From: a virus | Virus record (IMG/VR): IMGVR_UViG_3300008952_003529 | Strand: one strand, 5' to 3' | DNA length: 64,000 nucleotides | Shown: positions 55,670 through 64,000 of the stretch, piece after piece | How the letters are laid out: every line of letters starts with the position of its first letter | Position numbering within the stretch: the first letter of the stretch is position 1 | The notes under the pieces: model-generated | Told to the model about the DNA's origin: nothing | What the model saw: only the letters and a program-made list of their open reading frames with translations | Databases searched by the model: none | Position numbers and translations under genes: made by a program

Positions 55670-58600
55670 GTGGCAGCAGACTCGAAAGAACTACAATCGC
55701 AATTAGCTATCCAGCAGTCGATCAACAAGGTTTTACAAGATCGACAGAAGGTGCTGGAAAAGCAGCAAAAGTATTTATCTAGCCAGGTAGATACCGCGGT
55801 ACAGCTGTGCAAGGCTCTAGAGTGTAAGGGCCTGGATGATGTCCAACAAAAAATGAAGGAAGTCCGAGATGGCTTAGCTGGTGCTGCCTCCGAGGCCGAT
55901 AAAGCCAGCGGCAAAATTGGTGAAATGACCACCAGTCTTCAAGACACAGAACAAGCGAATAAAAAAGTAATCAAGTCGTTCGCCGAGCTGATATCCCATA
56001 TTAAAGAATCACACGTTGCTTTAGCTGGCTTTGCCGCGGGTGCTGCTAAAGGGTTTAAGAGCGCCATCGCTGATATAAAGCAGATGGGTGCAACGATCGG
56101 TACGGTTATCGGTGGTATTAAAAACATCGGGCTGTCTATTGTTGCAATTCCATTCCAGATGTTTAGCGGACTAGTCGGCATGGCTAATGACCTGGCTGGA
56201 AGTGTATCTGCTTTAAGACAAGGAATCGAAGACGTTCGAGGAAGCTTTGGCGATCTAGCTAGTAACGAGGGCGCTGCTCTAATGAGCGGCTTAAGCAATC
56301 TTCAATCACAGTCTAGTAGCTTAGGTGGGACAGGTGTGAGTCTGGCGGCCGTCTACGGCGTTGGCCCTGATGGTGTAGCTGCAGCCCTAGCAGATCTCGC
56401 CGCTACAGCGGAGGCTCTCGGCCCTAAATTTGGAATGCTTTCTGATGAGTTCGCAAATTCAGCTGGCGAGATTCTTGCATTCAAGAAGGGGATGGGGCTA
56501 TCAGAAGAAGCCATGAGCGGTTTCGCAACGATGGCTATCTCTTCCGGCTCGAGTTTGACAGATACCCTTCAAGATGTAGGCAACTATTCTATTCAAATGG
56601 GCGATAAGTTTGGGGTCTCTTCCAAGCTCATATCGAAAGATATGGGTGAGATGGCAGCTGACTTCAAGAACTTCGGAACCATGTCGACCAAGGAAATGGC
56701 CGCGGCGTCTGTATACGCTAGAAAGCTCGGTATCGATGTTAAGGGTCTCCAAGGTGTTATCGGTAAGTTTGACGATTTCGAGGGAGCAGCTGACTCCGTA
56801 TCCCAATTAAACCAAGCGTTTGGTATCCAGCTTGACACCATGGAGATGATGAACGCAGAGAATCCCGCCGAACGAATCGACATGATGAAGAATGCCTTCC
56901 ATGAGGCAGGCAAATCTATCGAAGATATGACACGTCAAGAACGTGCACTGTTGGCAGAGCAAACCGGCCTTAGCGAAGAGGCTCTTGCCACTGCATTCTC
57001 ACAAGAGAATATGGGAACTTCTTACGAAGATATTGCTGCGGGCGCAGATGAAGCTGAAGAGAAGCAGTTATCACAAACAGAGGTGATGAACAAGCTTGCT
57101 GACACGATGGATCGAGTATTTAACTCAGGCCGAGATTTTAACGGCTTCTTCGATGCATTAACCCAAGGATTTACGAAAGGTTTAACACAATTCCCAGAAT
57201 TTAAGGAACTTTTAACTGCAATCCGCGAAGCACTACAGACGGTGTTTGAAGCTGGTAAAGAAATGGGTAAGCTTTTTGGTGAGCTTCTAGGCTCTGGTGG
57301 ATTTGATATTCTCGGTCCCCTTAAAGACATGTTCAACAGCGACGCCCTGAAGACATTATTCGGTGGAATAGGTGTCGATGAAACTGGCAAGAAAACAGGA
57401 ACAGGACTTATTGGCGCATTTAGTATGCTTATGAGTTTCCTGAAGGGTGATGAGGGAGTGAAGCTGTCAGACGTCTTTGATTCGGTTTCAGAATCTTTTT
57501 CAAATTTCTTCGGAGCAAACTCTGAGGCAGCAACTAAGTTGAAGGAAGGTATTTCAAGAATGATCACCGGGGTTGGTGAGATGATTGCTCAAATGATACC
57601 CTGGGTTGTAACAAAGGTTGTAGACTTTTTTAAGGGAATTGCTGAAGCCATCAGAAACCCACCAGACCTCGAAGGCGCAGCGTCTGAAGGGATAGGTGGT
57701 GCAATCATGGGAGCCATCTCTAGTATAGGTGGTGCCCTTATGGACGCCGTTCCAGAGTTGCTTGGTGCCTTCCTTGATATTATATCAGCTGTTTTTGAAA
57801 AACACGGTGGAAAGATCATCGCCGTTGGTGGCGCGTTGCTTGCATTTGTCCTTGGAAAGATGATTATCTTTGGAGCCATCAGCGCGGTTCAAGCAGCTGT
57901 AGGGGCAGTTGTTGTCAAAAAGTTAACAGACTTTATGCTCGGAGCAGTTGGGGATTCTGCTGATGCAGCTGAAGCATCGATGCCAGACGCTGGGCAGATG
58001 AAAGAAATGGCTCAGGGTGTTGGCGAAGGCCTCGGCGCGTTGATCGATTCCGTTGCGAAAATTGATGCAAAAAATATCGTAATGGCTGGCGTCAAGTTGG
58101 CCCTGATGGCGGCTTCGCTGCTTCCTGCAATTGCGATCTTTGCTGCTGGTATAGTCATGGCCGCCATGATTATGTCTGTAGCGCCCTGGGAAGGAATCGC
58201 GAAATTATTCGTGGTTATGCTGGTCGTCATTCCGCTTCTAATGCTAGTAATGCTCGCCGCGAAGTTCTTAGACCCTGGGACGTTATTATCATCAGCGGTT
58301 AACATGGCTTTAGCTGCTGTAGCACTTGGCCTTGGGATGATCCCATTCGCAGCGGCTCTAATGATCGTATATGCTTTAATTGGAAACATCCCGTTTTTGG
58401 AGATTGTGAAGATTTTTGCAGTGATGGGTCTTGCAATTCTTGCTGTGTTTATTATCTCTAAGATTGGTCTTTCTTTGGCTCCACCCATCACAGCGCCTGG
58501 CTTACTCTTTATGGCTTTAGCTGCAGGTCTGATGATTATCGGAATGGTGGCATTTGCATTGGCCTTAAAATTGGTGCATATGATTCTTAAGCCAATCCCG

Positions 58601-60361
58601 TTTATGGAAATTGTGCAGATGTTCGGAATGCTAGGTATGGCGATCCTTGCTACTGCCGCGCTAGCGCTGGTTGGTGCCGCGTTTGCGATGGCTGCTCCGC
58701 TCTTTATTCCTATGATGGGTGGGTTATTACTCGCTGCGCTAATGTTGACTGTTGGAGTTGCCGTCTTTGCAGGGGCTCTGGCGCTATTATTGGGCGCTCT
58801 CCCCAACATCGACCCGGCGGCAGTAGACACAATGTTTATTACAATTGGTAAAGCAATTCTTGCATTAGCTGTTTTGGTTGCTGTCGGTGCTGCCTTCGCA
58901 CTAATAACAGCATTTGCCCCCATGATAATCACGGGAATGTTAGCAGCAGCTGGATTCCTAACTGTTGGTGTATTGGCTTTCGCAGCCGCTTTAGCGATCG
59001 CATCGACAGTCGCTGGGGATGTCATGAAAGGAGCTGCAATCATGCCAATGATCGAGATGATGCTTAAGGTTTCATTGGCGATGGCTATTCTCGTTCCACT
59101 TGCTGCTCTTTTTGGAATGATGATTCCTATCCTGCCCTTCTTACTTTGGGGTCTTGGTGGATTGTCAGTGTTTATGGTTGGTGCCGCGGTAGCAGTCGGT
59201 GCAATGGTCGCTGCAGCTGCAACAATACCAATCGCTGACCCTGAAGATATGGCCGCAAGGATGGAAGTTATCGGTGGTGTGGCCACAGCGCTTCAGGCCC
59301 TTGGTGGTCTTGCTCTTGATGCTGGGAAATTGGGTGTTGCAGCCGAATCGCTTGGTAAAGGCGGTATGGACAAGGTCTTTAATTTAATGGGGAGCTTCCT
59401 TGATAAGATTAAGGACACTCTAGTTGGCACTGTAACCACGTTGGTGGGACTTGCTGTTGGATATAGCAAGAGTGATCTTGAGAAAGCAGCAGTCGTCGGA
59501 GACGTCGTCGCCGCCGTCGCTCAGTTCGCAGCCGCGATCGCCGAGCCGTTAGCACTCGTATCCTCAATGACAGGGTTCTTCAACCCCAGCGCCGCGTCAA
59601 ATATGAGCACTGTAATTGGTGGGCTTGGCGACATGATGGACATGCTAGCTGAAAAGCTACCAACAATAATCAATGCGCTCATTACAGCTGGCGCAGGAAT
59701 TCCATCGGGATTCAAGGAAAAAGCAGAATCAATGCAGATTATGTTCCAGGCGCTTGGTCCCATGATGGACGCGCTAGGGAAAATTCAGGTAATTGCTGAA
59801 GAATCTGTAAAGGGAATAGACGGACCATCAGTACAAACGTTATTCGACGGAATGGCCGGCGGTTTATCTGCCCTGGCCACGACGATGCCGCAGGTTATCT
59901 CAAGTTTGAGTGCCATCCCTGGAGCTGAAGAGGTTCAATCACAAGTTGATAAGTTAGATCAGTTGTTTAATGTGACAGTCGCTCTTTCTGACGTGCTTGG
60001 TAAATTTACGGAGCTCGGGGAAGCAAATTCTCCATCGATGACAGAGCGCGCCGGCGCGTTTCTTAAGAATCTGGTTGGTGGATCTGATGGACCAACCCCC
60101 GCTGCACAAGCAATTCTCTCGATGGTCGAGGAGATGAACTCTATCAACACCGCGCTAGACGGATTACCAGAGATTAATCTCAACGCAAACCTCCAGAAAG
60201 TTGCCGATGCATTCAGCGTTTCCGAATCCATCAACGTAGAGAACAAGCCCGTTAATATAACAATTAACCTTAGCGTTACAATGGACGCGAATAAGGTAGG
60301 TAGTGTTCTGGTTGATAAATCAGTTATGACAACACCGCTAGCCACAGCAGAGGGTCAATAA
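55670..60361 (+). CDS. Tape measure protein (1563 aa)
   Basis: Very long Ala/Gly-rich helical protein after tube and chaperone; long hydrophobic block. Confidence 0.88.
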   Translation: MAADSKELQSQLAIQQSINKVLQDRQKVLEKQQKYLSSQVDTAVQLCKALECKGLDDVQQKMKEVRDGLAGAASEADKASGKIGEMTTSLQDTEQANKKVIKSFAELISHIKESHVALAGFAAGAAKGFKSAIADIKQMGATIGTVIGGIKNIGLSIVAIPFQMFSGLVGMANDLAGSVSALRQGIEDVRGSFGDLASNEGAALMSGLSNLQSQSSSLGGTGVSLAAVYGVGPDGVAAALADLAATAEALGPKFGMLSDEFANSAGEILAFKKGMGLSEEAMSGFATMAISSGSSLTDTLQDVGNYSIQMGDKFGVSSKLISKDMGEMAADFKNFGTMSTKEMAAASVYARKLGIDVKGLQGVIGKFDDFEGAADSVSQLNQAFGIQLDTMEMMNAENPAERIDMMKNAFHEAGKSIEDMTRQERALLAEQTGLSEEALATAFSQENMGTSYEDIAAGADEAEEKQLSQTEVMNKLADTMDRVFNSGRDFNGFFDALTQGFTKGLTQFPEFKELLTAIREALQTVFEAGKEMGKLFGELLGSGGFDILGPLKDMFNSDALKTLFGGIGVDETGKKTGTGLIGAFSMLMSFLKGDEGVKLSDVFDSVSESFSNFFGANSEAATKLKEGISRMITGVGEMIAQMIPWVVTKVVDFFKGIAEAIRNPPDLEGAASEGIGGAIMGAISSIGGALMDAVPELLGAFLDIISAVFEKHGGKIIAVGGALLAFVLGKMIIFGAISAVQAAVGAVVVKKLTDFMLGAVGDSADAAEASMPDAGQMKEMAQGVGEGLGALIDSVAKIDAKNIVMAGVKLALMAASLLPAIAIFAAGIVMAAMIMSVAPWEGIAKLFVVMLVVIPLLMLVMLAAKFLDPGTLLSSAVNMALAAVALGLGMIPFAAALMIVYALIGNIPFLEIVKIFAVMGLAILAVFIISKIGLSLAPPITAPGLLFMALAAGLMIIGMVAFALALKLVHMILKPIPFMEIVQMFGMLGMAILATAALALVGAAFAMAAPLFIPMMGGLLLAALMLTVGVAVFAGALALLLGALPNIDPAAVDTMFITIGKAILALAVLVAVGAAFALITAFAPMIITGMLAAAGFLTVGVLAFAAALAIASTVAGDVMKGAAIMPMIEMMLKVSLAMAILVPLAALFGMMIPILPFLLWGLGGLSVFMVGAAVAVGAMVAAAATIPIADPEDMAARMEVIGGVATALQALGGLALDAGKLGVAAESLGKGGMDKVFNLMGSFLDKIKDTLVGTVTTLVGLAVGYSKSDLEKAAVVGDVVAAVAQFAAAIAEPLALVSSMTGFFNPSAASNMSTVIGGLGDMMDMLAEKLPTIINALITAGAGIPSGFKEKAESMQIMFQALGPMMDALGKIQVIAEESVKGIDGPSVQTLFDGMAGGLSALATTMPQVISSLSAIPGAEEVQSQVDKLDQLFNVTVALSDVLGKFTELGEANSPSMTERAGAFLKNLVGGSDGPTPAAQAILSMVEEMNSINTALDGLPEINLNANLQKVADAFSVSESINVENKPVNITINLSVTMDANKVGSVLVDKSVMTTPLATAEGQ
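58139..59190 (+). repeat. Five ~70-aa hydrophobic repeats in the tape measure
   Basis: Anchors FAAGI, FAAAL, FALAL, FAGAL, FAAAL spaced 69, 69, 71 and 71 aa (58139 to 58979 = 280 codons). Confidence 0.75.
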
Positions 60362-60543
60362 TGAGCAATGAAAAGATTGGTTTGACAGAGGAAGAAGCTA
60401 AATACTTAGAGGAGTGTGCAAAGGTATCGGAGGAAAAGTGGGAAGTTGTCAAGGGACTTTTGGAGTTTTTTGAAAAAACGCTCGCTGAAAATCCAGAAAG
60501 TGTTGGCGCCGCAATAGAGGAGTTGTTAAAGAGAAATGGCTGA
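60361..60543 (+). CDS. Small acidic hypothetical protein (60 aa)
   Basis: TAATG coupling to the tape measure stop; 8-nt overlap with the next gene. Confidence 0.6.
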   Translation: MSNEKIGLTEEEAKYLEECAKVSEEKWEVVKGLLEFFEKTLAENPESVGAAIEELLKRNG

Positions 60544-63500
60544 AGATCCTTCAAACGGAGACTTTACACCTGCCGGAACCGGGACTAACGGTGAGGTAAT
60601 GTGGGGAGACGACTTAAAGGAGTCGTCAAAGCAAACCCTTGCTTCCTATATGAGCTCTTTGACGACAAACCCACAAACCCATAATGAATATTCAATAGGC
60701 CATTCTGAGTATGCTGAGACGTCCTATGTTGCAGCTGACGGTACCCCTGCGCCCATCCAAACCGGAGGGCAAGATCCAGATGTTGAGACATATACCGACT
60801 CGTTAGGTACTTCTTCTGCCGCTAGTGCCACGAGAACACTTTTTGATACAATGAGTAATTCTGGTAAATTTGACCAAGCTGCTCCAACAGACATTCCACT
60901 AAGCGATATCGTAGATAAAAATTCTCAAATTGACGGTCACCACCTACTATCAGACATTAAGGCCACGAGCGAACCATTTGAGCCAGGTGTTGGTGCGACT
61001 GACGGATCATCGTGGAAACCAATTCCAGCCGGCGCCCCTACTCAACAGCGAAAAATATCTCAAATTCTGCAAGGTTATAATCGTTTTAATCCTTCTGGTG
61101 CGACACCCTATATTGATGAAGGCGCGTTTTCTTCTCCTGGGTCGACGCAACAGATGGGGTTTGGTGTCTACGACCCAGACGCTGAGGGGATAGACTTTGC
61201 TACATTACGTAAAGTTGCGCAATCATTGTTACTTCGTCAAACTGGCCATGCCCGTGACGAAGACGCAGACCCCGCAGACTGGAGCCAGGTTGATGTTATT
61301 AACGCAACGAATGTCCAAACTGGTGCATCAAAAATATCGATTGAATTCTTAAGAACAATTAACGCATTCGGGGCTCCAAATAAACCGTTTGTGCCGACTG
61401 AGTTACGATATAGCGATAGGGATGGTAGCCCATTAGAGGCACAGAAAAGTTTTGGCGCTTTAAACTCTAATAAGGAACCGTTTACTGGTAAAAATAGACT
61501 AGCGATGCTAGCTGTCGCTGCAGAGGGTCTCGGCGCCATTGTATTAGGTGCGATTGTTGTCGGTGGTGTCATTGACTTACTAGACACAGGCGGCGGCTCC
61601 ATCCCGTCTAGACCTGCTGAAATGAAGTATGGTCGACATGCAGATGAGCCCCTGCACGTTCGAGTTCTAAGAGTGATGGGAGTTCCACGCACGAATCATT
61701 CGTTTGTTATGTGCGTAATTTTCGGACTTATTGAATTTGTGGGGTTAAATCCCCCGTCAGGGGACCCGCCCGCATCGGCGACGGGAAACTGGGGAGCATT
61801 TGTTACATGGTGGACAATATTCGTAGTTCCATATCTAGCCACTGCAGTTCAAAACGTATTGTGGGCAAGCGGGTACTATGCAAACCTCTTCAGAGTTATA
61901 CGACGTGATATTGACCGATTCTTAGATACAGCAGGAGGAATTCCTGGTGGTGGCTCCAATCCCGCTTTAGCAATTCTGGACTTGTTACTTGCACTAAACA
62001 CTTTTCCCTCATGGCGATTTTTCATGGTTCTTGCTGTGATTGGAGATTGCGCTCTTCAAAGAAAATATCGTTCGTTTCCGCTTGGTGGCGTTGGGTCAAA
62101 TCCACTTGAGAAGATGCCAAACACCGGACAGACTAGACAAGCTCAAAGTAAAATTGCAAAAGACAAAAATGCTTTAGCTTGGCGGCACAAAGCAGCTCCA
62201 GCCAGGTTTCTACTGCCTGAACAACTTACAACAGCATTCGAAGTTTTTGATATGGGTAAATCCACACCCGCTGCTCTTTTGTCACTGGTGGGCGATTCCA
62301 AGAACGATCCTGGTTCCATGTGGCCAACTGGTGAAACTTATTGGAAAAAGAAGCAACGCAATAAAAAATTGTCATCTAGTGGAAGGCTTCCAAAGGAAAT
62401 GGTAACAGCGCTTGAAAACCAGCTGGAGATTGAGTACATGCCATTCTATCTTCACGATCTTCGTACAAATGAGATCATTGGTTTACATGGCTTCTTAGAG
62501 AATATTAAAGACTCTTATTCTGTAAGTTATTCAGACTCCAGTGGATATGGTCGTATAGACAAGGTGAAAATTTATCAAAGCACCGAGCGTAGCATTAATC
62601 TTGATTTTTGGCTTGTCTCAACATCTCCCAAGGATTTTGATTCTATGTGGTTTACCGTAAATAAATTAATTACGCTGCTATATCCACAATGGTCGATGGG
62701 CAAAAGAGTCCAGGCAGGCGATAAGCATTTTGTGATGCCATTCTCTCAAATTCCCACTGCGTCTCCTATGGTTCGTCTCCGAGTCGGTGATGTAATCCGC
62801 GGTAACTATACGAGATTTAATCTGGCACGCTTATTTGGAATCTCTGAGGCGCTCGCGGCCAGCGAATCCGGTTCATCTGCTGATGATATGGCCCAACAAC
62901 AGGCATTTGATATATCATTTGATTCACAAACCGGCATGGATTGGGAGCAATATGAGGATGAGTTAGAGACCTATCATGCTCGATATGACACCGAGCCATC
63001 TTCTCCAACAGACAGCACCCACGGATTTTCTGTTGGCCAAGAATGTACACTGCTTGCAAACGTAGACGGATATACTACATGGGATAGAGGATCTGGTTCA
63101 GCTTCAGAGGTGCCCCCCGGCGCAGGGGCAATACATGTAGAGTCAACGCCATTTTTGAGCCGTACATTAAGCGAGGGGAGAGTAAAAGTTCTCGAAGTGC
63201 GATGGCTCGGTCTTGCTGATACAGCGGATGGTATTGAGGCAGAGACTGTTGGGGCGATGTCAATGAGAAATTCCGGTCACAATGTAGAATATTGTGTTAC
63301 ATGGGTCGACCCGAACAATAACGCTGACCCTTATTCTGAGGCGCTTGAAGAAAAGGGTCACTATCATCATTATTACGTTCTTCAAGAAGATCTGGTAGCT
63401 GATATGCCTATGCCAGTGGATTTAGATGAGACCGTCACACTTGATGAGCAGATAGAGAATATAGCTGCATTTTTTAGTCCAGATAATAACGCCATTGTAA

Positions 63501-63892
63501 GTTCTTTCGAGACCGCCGGCGGGAGAGGTCTTGCAGGATTCATCACTTCTTTTGATATGGATTGGGGCCTGAACTCAAATCTTTGGGACATGAGTAAGAT
63601 GGGAAGAAGAGCTCCGACGGCGATGAAGATATCTATGGCATTTGCCCCGATTCATGATATTCCTCCCGGGCTAGACAATAATGGGTTCATGCGATCAATA
63701 AATTACCCTGTTGGGAATATTGCTGGTATGCTCGGTACAGATCAATATGATCAAGGTTCAGCTGGAGAAGTTCAGATGTCAACCGATGCTGGCGAATCGC
63801 GTCGAGCTGGTGGCGTCGATGCTGGTAAATTAACAAGAGATCGTTTTGTTGCGGCTGTTAATGAGGCGTTCGCGCACATGGGATCGCCATGA
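60536..63892 (+). CDS. Baseplate hub / tail-tube-initiator-like protein (1118 aa)
   Basis: Tube-like segment MPFYLHDLRT...FLENIKDSY...YGR.D.V.IY..T.R.I.L.F, SPMVRLRVGD and GFITSFD.DW...RAP...KISM.F.PIHD; follows the tape measure. Confidence 0.6.
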   Translation: MAEDPSNGDFTPAGTGTNGEVMWGDDLKESSKQTLASYMSSLTTNPQTHNEYSIGHSEYAETSYVAADGTPAPIQTGGQDPDVETYTDSLGTSSAASATRTLFDTMSNSGKFDQAAPTDIPLSDIVDKNSQIDGHHLLSDIKATSEPFEPGVGATDGSSWKPIPAGAPTQQRKISQILQGYNRFNPSGATPYIDEGAFSSPGSTQQMGFGVYDPDAEGIDFATLRKVAQSLLLRQTGHARDEDADPADWSQVDVINATNVQTGASKISIEFLRTINAFGAPNKPFVPTELRYSDRDGSPLEAQKSFGALNSNKEPFTGKNRLAMLAVAAEGLGAIVLGAIVVGGVIDLLDTGGGSIPSRPAEMKYGRHADEPLHVRVLRVMGVPRTNHSFVMCVIFGLIEFVGLNPPSGDPPASATGNWGAFVTWWTIFVVPYLATAVQNVLWASGYYANLFRVIRRDIDRFLDTAGGIPGGGSNPALAILDLLLALNTFPSWRFFMVLAVIGDCALQRKYRSFPLGGVGSNPLEKMPNTGQTRQAQSKIAKDKNALAWRHKAAPARFLLPEQLTTAFEVFDMGKSTPAALLSLVGDSKNDPGSMWPTGETYWKKKQRNKKLSSSGRLPKEMVTALENQLEIEYMPFYLHDLRTNEIIGLHGFLENIKDSYSVSYSDSSGYGRIDKVKIYQSTERSINLDFWLVSTSPKDFDSMWFTVNKLITLLYPQWSMGKRVQAGDKHFVMPFSQIPTASPMVRLRVGDVIRGNYTRFNLARLFGISEALAASESGSSADDMAQQQAFDISFDSQTGMDWEQYEDELETYHARYDTEPSSPTDSTHGFSVGQECTLLANVDGYTTWDRGSGSASEVPPGAGAIHVESTPFLSRTLSEGRVKVLEVRWLGLADTADGIEAETVGAMSMRNSGHNVEYCVTWVDPNNNADPYSEALEEKGHYHHYYVLQEDLVADMPMPVDLDETVTLDEQIENIAAFFSPDNNAIVSSFETAGGRGLAGFITSFDMDWGLNSNLWDMSKMGRRAPTAMKISMAFAPIHDIPPGLDNNGFMRSINYPVGNIAGMLGTDQYDQGSAGEVQMSTDAGESRRAGGVDAGKLTRDRFVAAVNEAFAHMGSP

Positions 63893-64000
63893 AAGGTGGA
63901 GTTCGTAGATATCGTAGGGCCCCTAAGCTTAAAAGAGGGAAATTTTATGGCACATTCGATCCAGGATTTTTCATTTACAAAGCTGTACAAAGAGGACAAA
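63889..64000 (+). CDS. 5' end of the next gene, likely a baseplate (gp53/LysM-like) protein; truncated
   Basis: ATGA overlap; open to the window end: MKGGVRRYRRAPKLKRGKFYGTFDPGFFIYKAVQRGQ. Product inferred from gene order only. Confidence 0.5.
   Translation, partial: MKGGVRRYRRAPKLKRGKFYGTFDPGFFIYKAVQRGQ

Noticed and set aside
58012-59286. 424-aa minus-strand ORF.
   Set aside because: Antisense shadow of the Ala/Ile/Met-rich tape measure block; no SD or motif, and it lies wholly within a well-supported gene.
105-63999. The many other 60-175 aa minus-strand and alternate-frame ORFs in the track.
   Set aside because: All lie within long plus-strand genes and show no recognisable motifs; expected by chance. 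The exceptions I accepted are listed as features.
47308-64000. Multiple sheaths, tube and hub genes could indicate an extracellular contractile injection system.
   Set aside because: Terminase, portal, protease, scaffold, capsid and neck genes are contiguous with them, so this is a phage tail.
1-64000. tRNA genes, CRISPR arrays, IS elements, integrase.
   Set aside because: Intergenic gaps are at most about 160 nt and are explained by terminators and promoters; no cloverleaf, spaced repeat array or transposase/recombinase motif seen.

Overview
A gap-free, entirely plus-strand 64 kb segment of a large, unclassified T4-like (gp23/gp20/gp18-type) myovirus genome. No tRNA, rRNA, CRISPR array or transposase is visible. 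Order: giant virion/baseplate and fibre genes (1-27053); a recombination/replication cassette (RuvC-like resolvase, primase, single-chain Mre11-Rad50/SbcDC fusion, Zn-finger; 27054-31938); packaging and head genes (TerL, portal, prohead protease, small core proteins, scaffold, major capsid; 32337-43473); neck genes; two tandem tail-sheath paralogs; tail tube; tail-assembly chaperone; tape measure; hub proteins (to 64000). Product calls come from motif recognition, not database searches. Main observations: (1) a U7 slippery site that would extend the chaperone into a start-less +1 frame (FFWP-stop versus FFGLT...), a G/GT-type frameshift that is +1 or -2 rather than the usual -1; (2) a recurring ATA-N-TTA motif just upstream of 13 genes, a candidate late promoter; (3) three sigma70-like promoters lying in or beside the U-tracts of the three strong terminators; (4) a probable nested in-frame gene inside the scaffold gene; (5) a possible split of the P2 gpH-type tail-fibre attachment fold into two N-half and two C-half genes.
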